DNA of 64,000 nucleotides. It comes from Adineta vaga. Taxonomy: Eukaryota; Animalia; Rotifera. Of the stretch, positions 54,506-64,000 are shown piece by piece. Position 1 is the first letter of the stretch. The number at the start of each line of letters is the position of its first letter. The position numbers were made by a program, and so were the translations under genes. The stretch spans positions 11,284,001 through 11,348,000 of the forward strand of contig CP075495.1 in NCBI GenBank assembly GCA_021613535.1, read 5' to 3'. The notes under the pieces are model-generated. The model ran no database searches. It was not told where the DNA came from and was given only the letters and a program-made list of their open reading frames with translations.

Positions 54506-55603
54506 TCATGGGTGTCGTGCATTTTATCTTATGATAATCAGACAACTGCTTTTCCCCTTACCTTCAACTTGTTTAACTTTCTTGTGCACTAAAATTTTTT
54601 TGTTGTTGTTTTTTTTATATGCGTCAAACAATGGGACTTAGATCATTTTTGTTAGATAGATATTTGCTGATATCTTTTGTATATGTATTTTGGTCTCTTA
54701 ATTGAAATATTAATAGACATAAATATACATATGTTTGATCAGGCTGATGAATTTGTTTAATCAAGAGATATAGAATTTGATTGAATGTTATACATAATTC
54801 AAAACTAAATAAGTTTATCGTATGTTATCAGATTGTGATTTATGATTCTCTTTATGCGTCCATCATCACGTATCCTTTACTGTTTTGATTGATATTCTAT
54901 CTTATCGGTTCTTATGTACTGAAGTGATTGTAAAATACCATAGATATGTTAGAGTAGATGATTAATTAAAAACTAAGTAGGATTGTATTTTTTGTTGTAC
55001 ACAGAAATAAAAAAAGAATTCATCTAAATCATTCTGTCAACCGATCATAGAATATGAGTCTTTTTTTTTATTAGAAAACATCTGATCTTTCAAATAAAAA
55101 TAAATTTTCACTCAAACACATTATACAAATACACTAGTACTTTATTTATTTATCTAAAGGTGTTATAAAATATTCCTTTGTCATCTGGTATTGCTTGAAC
55201 AATCTTTTCTATGAAATGTACTCAGATCAGCAACTACATCTATAGCAATAATTAATCAATACCATAAAGATTATTCAATTGATTGTTTTCTTCTATTGCT
55301 CTTGTTTTTCGTGATACTACCATTATCATTGATGGTCAGTATTGCTACTCATTATAAGCAAAACATCTATCCAATAACACTTGAAAAAATAATAACGTCG
55401 AATACATATACGTATCTACAATGTACATTCCATTGTTATCTCTATGCCTTTTGTCATGTTCGTATCAGTATTTGCTTCCAGCTTTCTGTTCTCAGACATA
55501 CTTGATTCACTATTCGCGTACATAGCTATTGTTGTCTATCTTTTACATATTTGTACATCAGTCATCTTCATTTCACTTGTATACATCGTATTCGATATAT
55601 AGG

Positions 55604-56149
55604 ATGGGTGCTAAACTGACTAGAAACAGAAGTCTTATAATCTCAAGAAAAAACGACGATCAGCAAGAAATCACAGCAGCAACAAATGTTGAAAATATCA
55701 CCGATCATCTCGACGTAATAGCAACAACGGAAGATAATAAATCAAAACAAAAGAAGATGAAAAAGAAACAAGAATTCAAGTTAGAAAAAACAAAGGTCGA
55801 CAAGAGTACAAATACAGAAAATTGTGTATTACCTGTTTCATTATTCAGTGAACAACTAGTTGATGATAAATTATCCACAGGAGACACCAATGACGTCTTA
55901 TTAAAAACAAGTACAGCGCAAATAAATGTTGCTTATCAAACTGAAGTAGTAACAAGTAAACATGAACAACAAATTTCGAATGCTTCTACTCAAAATCGTA
56001 TCATTTCAAGTGATTTTCATATTAGTAATCAAGAAATTTCCAATGTACAAGATTATCATACCAGTATTCTGAATAATTTAACCGACGCAACAGCTGGTGC
56101 TTCTTCGACAATCATTGTCAATACAGATGAAGTTCTTAATAGCAAATAA
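55604..56149 (+). CDS. Uncharacterised hydrophilic protein with a putative N-myristoylation signal, 181 aa
   Basis: MGAKLT start (MGxxxS/T) directly after an AG acceptor-like site; Lys cluster KSKQKKMKKK; Thr/Ser/Asn-rich. Confidence 0.6.
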   Translation: MGAKLTRNRSLIISRKNDDQQEITAATNVENITDHLDVIATTEDNKSKQKKMKKKQEFKLEKTKVDKSTNTENCVLPVSLFSEQLVDDKLSTGDTNDVLLKTSTAQINVAYQTEVVTSKHEQQISNASTQNRIISSDFHISNQEISNVQDYHTSILNNLTDATAGASSTIIVNTDEVLNSK

Positions 56150-57565
56150 TTATCATCATTATCTCGTGAAATTTATAGAAAAAAAAAGGACTTTTTCGTT
56201 TTTTTTTCTCTTATATTTTAAACATTTATACATTTTTCATATTCAATTTATTTGTTTATATTCTAATAGGATATGCTTAGAATCGTTGTTTACTTCATGT
56301 TATTTAATATTTTAGATAGTAAATTCTTTCCTTTCAAAATCAAAATAGAGAAATCATTTTCAATAATTTTCGTACTAAGATTGAATGTCAATGCATCGAA
56401 ACATTGTGTCCAGCAAAGAAACATATTGAACCTTCAAGAATTGAGTTTTGTTTCAATTTCAATTTAGATATTGTATTACCAAGTATACAGTATCTATGTT
56501 TTACTAACACTCGTAGTATACCAATAGTGGATTATTTCATGATCATTTTTCTTAAATAAGTAACATGAATGAAATAGTGATCTAATCTGTATTTATAGCA
56601 TTGAATTTCTCAATTTAATTTAGAATAAAACAAAATACTTGAAAGATATCCATTGTATGTCTCTAATCCAAACTATAGTCACGTAGATGCATTTGTAGTT
56701 TCTTTTTTGTTTGTTTGTTTTACTTGCTTATTCTATGTTTAACTAATGATTTCCTCTTCCTGTCTTTTCAGTGTTGTCATTGAACATTGCATTGGAACAA
56801 GGTTAACAAAGATACGAAGAAAGAAAAATCATTATAGGTTTAGAAAATGTATGAACAAAGAATGTGTAAGCAATGAATAGAATTCGTTTCATAAAGTGTA
56901 TTGATTAAATACAAATGACATTGAAACAAAATAGTTTTCTCAAATAGGATATTTGATAAAATCATTGACGTTTTATATATCTGGTAGTTGATGACGAACA
57001 ATCTATTTGATTTGAATTAGTTATAAATCTATTGATTCGTATGAAATATGTAAATGAATTTGCCTTTTTTCTTTATTTGTTCTGAATCAGTTCTCATTTA
57101 ATCAGCAGTGATTCTTAATGTTCAGTACTCCATTCTTCTTTACTTTTTTTTCTGCATATAACAACAATCAAACACTAGACAGACAAAGACCTAGAAAAAA
57201 AGGGAGCAAAGTAGATGAGGCCGATATGGAAAGGGGAAAATGACAAGGACAAACAAGTAAACAAGCACGAATCATTCTTATAGGCAAGAGAAAAACAAAC
57301 AAATGAGAGAAGTAGATAAAGAATAGCAGAAGAAGCCAAACAAAACACTGTTAGATTGATAGTAAATGCTAAACTGATGATGGAAATCTCGGTTTAAATC
57401 ATCGGCTCCAGAGAATAAGCGTTCGAATAATATCTTCATCATTAGTTTTAACGACGTGAGCAAAACATGACCGGCACGTAATTGAGAAAAATCGAAAAAA
57501 ACGACCACAAAAAAACAAACGTTGTGAGAGAAAGACATTTGAAAACGAAATAGAAGAATATTTTT

Positions 57566-60500
57566 TTAGACAAGTTGAGAAGGTTGTTTCATAGACAAAG
57601 ATGATGAAAGAATATGTGGTCCAGCCACGGGCGTTATTGAATTAGATGAGGGCGAAGAGGAAGAGGAAGAAGAAGTGGAGGACGAAGACGATGATGATGA
57701 CATAGATGATAAAGATGATTCGACAAGAAGTGATGGGGCAGGTGGTGGTAAAGGCGAAGCAAATAATTCTTCAGCTCGTGTTCCAGAACCAAGACGATAT
57801 TCTTTTCCACGCCATTTGACAGTAGATGAACCCGTGAATGCTTTAAAATAGATGTAAAATGACGAGAATTCCCTCACAAGCCATGCTATTGCAAATTCAA
57901 ATTTTGAAAATGGTAATGCACCACCCTAGAGAAAACAAAACGCAATATTTTAATTTCATATCAAATCGATGTCTTATTCTAAAAACTTACTTGAGTTATT
58001 CTAAGCATTAAATAATCAAGAATAAACCATATAAGAATATGACAAGCCGCAACAACAAGAGCATTCCATTCAAATAAATAATTTGTTACCACACCCGCTA
58101 AGATAGCCGATGAGAAACATTCTTGTAAAGGTTCTAAATATGCTAATGGACTTAAACGCATTCGTAATTTACACCACCGAATCATTCGATCAGTCCATGT
58201 TGATACAGAATATTCGCCCGAATTCTGTTGAGCAGGTGTTGATGCAACACGTAATTTCCAACCTTGTTTAGCTACTTCATAGGCAATATAATAATCTTCT
58301 GCTATATAATGACCAAATGCACGAAGACCGCCTACACGATCAATACATTCTTTACGTATTAAACACGACATTCCAGTAACACAATTGATCCCAATTAAAT
58401 TGATTGTCATATACATACGAGCATGTTGGGTACCGAAATAAACCTAAAATCCAAAGGTGAACTTCGATTCTTTGTCATTCCTCATTTCCAATTATGAAAA
58501 GAAAACGAAAGTTGAAAGTACATATTTGTCTTTTAATGACAAAAAAAAATCCTCTCCTCTCATTTTTCATATTTCAAATCAAATATTTTGATGCAAAGAT
58601 TTGATGATGATGATGAAATCTAATATTATTTTTCATGACACATACTTTTTCAACAGATGCAGCAAAACCTTTTCTATCACAAGTAAATGGCATTTGATGA
58701 ACAAGACCGACAGTATCAGTCATACACGTAACCATATCATATAAGGTATTTTCTTGCATCATTAAACCACTATCTGATATTAATATATATGGATATTGAG
58801 CTTTTTCATAAGCCGGCAGCATATTGAATATTTTTGGATTTCTTATATCCATTGCAGCATTTTTGGATGATTTATCACCGGAAAATAATTTTAGTGAACC
58901 TATATTAAAAAGAAAACGAAAATTGAAATACAATCAAGGTAAAAAAGAACGAACTACAAAAAATCATTGTTAATCGGCGAATTAGTGAAAAAAGGACGGC
59001 TCTCTATTTCTTTATTTTCATTATTAATCGATAAAACTATTACCATTTGTTAGATATTCTCTTGCGAGCAATTATTGGCATGTCAGTTTAAAAAGAAAAT
59101 ATATACCACAACAAAAGATTCGTTTCCATAGAGAAATTTGTTTTCGCCGTAATACAGTCTCTTTTACACCTGTTACCAATGGTGTATGATCATTTCCTTG
59201 TTCTTCATCAATATCATTTTCCTGTTTTTTCTCTTCGAATTTACTTCCTGTTATTCAAATTCACAAATATGAAATACTTATTCGAGAACGAAAACAACCG
59301 AATATCAATTGAAATATTCATTTCACTTACCAATAAATAATTGTGATTCAACATGTGGATATTGTTCTCGTAATCTTTCGAGTAAATCAATCAGTTCATT
59401 ATCGTGTTCTTGAACACAGAAAAGTATTTCATACTAGATGAATTAAGAAAAGAAAAACAAGTAGATTCATAGAAATTGACTTTAGTTTTAGTCATCATAC
59501 CCGTGGATATTGAAGATTAAAAAATGTTTTTAAATTTTCATATAGATTTGTATCAATACCTGTCAATGGTTTAATTATTGAGACACCTGGTAATTCTTTG
59601 AGATTACTGTGTAATGGTTTTCGATGGAATTTATATAAACTAAATGAGAGAAGAAAAATGTACTTCAATGAGTTCTAGATGAAAATTGTTCTCTTCAATC
59701 AATGTCAAGTTGTTCTCCAGTCGACTTTATTTGACATTCTATTTTTTCTATGATTTGATAAAACAACAATAGCAATAATCAATCAAGTCATTTGAATAAC
59801 AGATGTGCATTTTGTTTTGAAGAAATCAAATTGTTTGTTACTGATTTGATTGAAATAAGCTTTTCTATTGATTTTAGCAGCCTATTCTTATTACTGTTGT
59901 TGTTTTTCTTGTAGGAAAAAAAATAAAAGAACGAAGCAATTAGGTTTTTTTAGTCTTCATTTTAAGCCTCTTTACTTTCTTTAAATACACGAGACGATAA
60001 TATGGAAACAAAAAAACGAAAGGAAAATGTGCATATTTTATTAACATCTATTGTTAGTTTCTATAATCCAATGACTTTATCATTGTTTTGATATGTCTGA
60101 TTGGTTTCTTTACTTGTTATTGTAATGCTGATGAATATCCCCTGAGAGATGAGAAAAAAGGCAAAGATGCAAGCAAGTTATTATCATCGACCGTCTGATA
60201 ATCTCGTCTCGTCTTATATTCTAACAAATCATCAATTTATACATATGAATAAACAGATGTACATGAAAAGCAGAAAAGAAACATTGGCTTAAGGCCAAAC
60301 GGAAACGGTCAACCATCAGTATGAACAAAAACGATAGAAAAAAAGGGGAAGAAAATGTTTCTGTATCTCTAATGTTTACCTATTAAGGTAGCATATAAAC
60401 ATGTGGACATGGTTCTCGTTAAACGTCTCATTAACAATCATGTTATCGACACACTTCATCGAGACGACGGTAAAAAACAACGTGGGAATATTTTCATACC

Positions 60501-60723
60501 GTGCGTAATAGAATAATAAAGAAAATTGGAGAAACTTAGAAAAAGTAAAACAACACGCAGCTTAATTTGCTTCGATGCAAATTTTGAATAAAAAACATAA
60601 AAATTAATCTTACCTATAACTCATTCCACTAATATGAAACAGCCAGACGAGAGTTACAACTAATATTGCTAAAACCAGAGTTATGGAGAGGGCGATTGTG
60701 TATACAATATGTAAGAAGAACAT
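57566..60723 (-). CDS. UGCG: Ceramide glucosyltransferase (GT21), isoform using proximal first exon 60723-60614
   Basis: N-terminal [71 protein letters not shown]; Ser-rich tail. Confidence 0.93.
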
Positions 60724-62009
60724 GACCGGCAATAATCGTAGCAGATGGCACTCGAATAAAGTTTGTCATCGACACTGCATTTTACGTTCGACTGTTTGTC
60801 TGTACTTTTACGAATACAGAGGCGTATAAGGATAAAGAAGCAAAAGAAAAGAAAGATGACACACACACACACGAAAGAATGAATGAATGAATGAATGACG
60901 AAGTGTATTGATGAAGAGCAGGGCGAACAAAACTGAGCAAAAGAACGAAGTAAAAACAGCGAGTGGCGATTTCTTAATAATCGATAGAAAGAAACGAGCA
61001 AAAGAAAAATAGAGGTAGAGGAAGAGAAAAGAAAGAAGAATAAGTAGTACACCTCCGTCTCAATTGAATGGAGTGAAAAAATGAGAGCAAGAGAAGAAGA
61101 AGAAGAAGAGAAAGAGGAAGAAACTAGCCATGTCAACTGTCGTTTTATTCTACAATCTGATTTCTTTCAACAGTTATAGTTTAAAACAATTTCTTTTTTG
61201 ACATTCATTCTATTGGAATTTCAATAGGGATAACTATAACGTGATACTTCCAATATTTTTTCGAGCAAACTGTGTTATTCGTGATGAGCCATAAATGTCA
61301 AAATATTTCGGTATGTGTGATTATTTTTTTTTGCACAAAAACTAGAGACTATCAGACTGTTTTTCTTCCAAAATACATTACTGCTAGAAGGCAAAAAACA
61401 AAATTAACAGTATCAACACGTTTTCATCTTTATTCGCATTACTAGAACGTTATCATTAACAAATGAAATATATGTTTCATTGGTTGAAGTAAAATTTCCC
61501 AGGGGAATTCGTCAAACAAGAAATCTCTAGAGCCTTTTCTCTCTGCTTCTTGCGGTTTAGTCAGCATCAATATATGCAGTTTTTTAATCATATCGAATAA
61601 GAATTTAAAAAAAACGAAAGTATCGTCTTCCTACTAAGAAGCTTATTGTTAACTGAAGCATAACGATGAAAGAAATTTTCTAACTATCTGATGGTTACTA
61701 GAATTTGAACGGGAACAATTACTCGAAAGTTTATTCGAGCTATTATGGATTATGAATAGTTTGTTTGATTATTTTCTTATGAGATATATAAATATGTTTA
61801 TCTAATAATATTTTAACACATGAATATCATATGGCTGTAAATGTCTTGATTATAGACGCTTATATTTATCGTTTCTTTTTCTTTTTTAATTATTTTACAT
61901 ATCTACCTTCTTATTCAGCCGTATTTTACCTTTCTCATACAGATAAGTAAACGTTATGCTCGACTAAACCGTCTCTATAGTTTATCTTTTCATATATAAA
62001 TTATCTTAC

Positions 62010-62125
62010 CCGTAAAACAGACCAAGGATATGGAATGTAGCAAGAAGAGCCCAACCAAGAATAAGTACATAACCAAAAACATGTAGAATCATATCAAGAC
62101 TGCTGTTGTGATTAATGCCTAACAT
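62010..62125 (-). CDS. UGCG: Alternative distal first coding exon of UGCG
   Basis: MLGINHNSSLDMILHVFGYVLILGWALLATFHILGLFY-GG|gtaag. The phase-2 donor matches the exon-2 acceptor, and the FHI-x-G-x-x-Y ending is shared with the proximal exon. Confidence 0.75.
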
Positions 62126-63349
62126 TGATTAACGAGAATTATTTAATAATACTAAGTAGATGTTGATGATAATGCAAATAAGAATATCTTAAAAGCCACC
62201 GTACAAACAAAATCACCAAGAAAAATAGCAGTACTTGAAAGAACAACAATGAATTTTTTTTATTTTATTTGCTTATTCTCATTGTCTTCAAGCTGTGGCC
62301 ATAGAAAAGATGATGAATAAGTACACATAATATATATACACAATGGTATGCGTCATCGTTGATGCCATGATACTTTATCTTGGGTCTCATTCTATCACAT
62401 ATCTTTTCTGTTCTTTCTAACGATAGAGGGAACTCTTGACTGGTTAGTTAATCTATATAGATATAGGACGAGTCGAAAGTCTACGAACGAATGAGAAATT
62501 GAAAAAGACAAATATGTATCTTGCCCTCTTCTTATCAATTCAATGTCATCTGTTGTTATTATTATTCTTTTTATCAAATAAAATTAAACAATTATTCAAT
62601 AAATACGGATATTATATAATTGAACAATTATTTTCTTCCGAAAATAATTGCAATTCTATATTTGCTTCATATCAATAAAAGATGAAAATAAAAAAGAAGG
62701 GATTCTGTTTACTTGAATCAGATTTAGAATCATTTTGATACTTCTATGATGTATGAAAAGACAATGAATCAATATTGATCGTTGATGAATGATAAAGTAA
62801 AGAAATCTTTTGTTAATTCATTTGACTTAAGAAATCTGATGAGTTTCTATCGTTCATATACAAATAGAATTGACAAAAAATATCAAATTGCATAGTAACT
62901 CACTATTTCTATCTCTTGAAATCGTAAAAAAACGACGTAATATAATTCCTCACATGTAAATTCAAGATCTATTTCAAAAATATTTTTCTAATGATGTCAA
63001 ACCAATTGAAAATCGAGACAGAAAAGCGAGCATTATTTATGTACGTATTATTTCAATATCAAATAGAATTCTAAAGAAAAACTAGAGCAAAAAGCCTTCA
63101 TTAATATACAAACAACAGAAAGTATAAAAGATTTCTCATTGCATTGTTCAAGGATACAAATGAAAGATTTGACTTCGATAGAGTGAACAATTTAATTTTG
63201 AATAAATGGAAATATATTGCTAATTAAAGATCTAATAAAGATTAATTATCATTATTCGATATTTAATCTTTCGCATTATCCTCAGGACAAACTTAAATGT
63301 CGTGTAATAATTTTATTTGATTCTGGTACGATCTTCATCGCTGGTTCTT

Positions 63350-64000
63350 TTATTGTTTATTAAATTCTTGATGATTGATCATCGTTACTGCGCGAGATAA
63401 ATCTTCTTTTCTTTTGAATAAATTTTTTCGAACTTCTTTTGATATTTGTCGAAAGATTGCTGACGATAAATAATTGACGTAAAACATTGAAATATAATTG
63501 AAATAAAAAGCTAAACGAGCTATTTGAAGAAATAAATATTCTTGTGCTTGACGATAGGCACTTTTATCAATTGTTTGTGTTAAACTATAATAAACACTTT
63601 GAGTACAAAATGGAATCGATGATAGAATACAAATAATTATTTGTAAATATAACATGGATGCTAATTGATCATCAATACGTGCTTTACGTGTTTGAATTGT
63701 TGAAGATGTATGACCTATTCGACGATGATGAATTTGACAAAGATTTTTCCATGTTAAAAAACCGAATAAACTCATTAAAATCCATGGAAACATTCCATAA
63801 CAACATAGATTAAAGACGAAAGTGATAATCATTCCCCAAATAACGGATGTATTTTGACACGCATATTGATTCGATGTTATTTGAATTGATTTTGGATAGA
63901 TTAAAGTTGGAATTGCTAGGATCATCCAGAATAGATTAGTAAATAGACAAATACGTTTTGCAACAAAAACGGAATTTAATCGACGCCATTTTATTTCATC
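63350..64000 (-). CDS. Rhodopsin-like orphan GPCR, 3' part (TM4-TM7), truncated by the window edge
   Basis: Hydrophobic TM4-7 pattern, ECL2 Cys, TM6 SSIPF, TM7 FYVNYLSSAIFR. Confidence 0.8.
   Translation of the reverse strand, partial: DEIKWRRLNSVFVAKRICLFTNLFWMILAIPTLIYPKSIQITSNQYACQNTSVIWGMIITFVFNLCCYGMFPWILMSLFGFLTWKNLCQIHHRRIGHTSSTIQTRKARIDDQLASMLYLQIIICILSSIPFCTQSVYYSLTQTIDKSAYRQAQEYLFLQIARLAFYFNYISMFYVNYLSSAIFRQISKEVRKNLFKRKEDLSRAVTMINHQEFNKQ

Noticed and set aside
60681-61136. 151-aa Phe/Ser-rich ORF upstream of UGCG
   Set aside because: Translation of pyrimidine-rich simple repeats in the promoter/5' UTR, in a different frame from the UGCG exon.

Overview
AT-rich eukaryotic (animal) genomic DNA with many short (~50-65 nt) GT-AG introns, so most ORF-track entries are exon fragments; I assembled the genes by hand. 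The compact introns, divergent rhodopsin-type GPCRs and intron-containing genes of apparent bacterial or fungal origin fit a bdelloid rotifer (inference, not verifiable here). About 22 protein genes are supported. Ordinary metazoan genes: discoidin-discoidin-F-type-lectin protein, synaptotagmin-1, IQCH, MGST1-like, NET1/ARHGEF3-like RhoGEF, sigma GST, YIF1, MRPS12, PACSIN-like, UGCG and two GPCRs. Candidate foreign genes: two tandem secreted bacterial-type DacB/PBP4 peptidases with three introns each and a 306-bp conversion-like tract; a GT23-like fucosyltransferase; and a head-to-head pair of a fungal-like type IIC P-type ATPase and an intronless fungal-like PAP2 lipid phosphatase. In that ATPase the invariant M4 PEGL reads PVGL. 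There are three intronless secreted-peptide precursors: a cystine-knot (knottin) prepropeptide, a Gly/Ser/Tyr-repeat polyprotein, and a small protein ending in GPG. Other notable structure: alternative first exons plus an inserted exon in UGCG, an SH3-less PACSIN, and a possible YIF1-MRPS12 operon. I recognised no rRNA, tRNA, CRISPR array or intact transposon.
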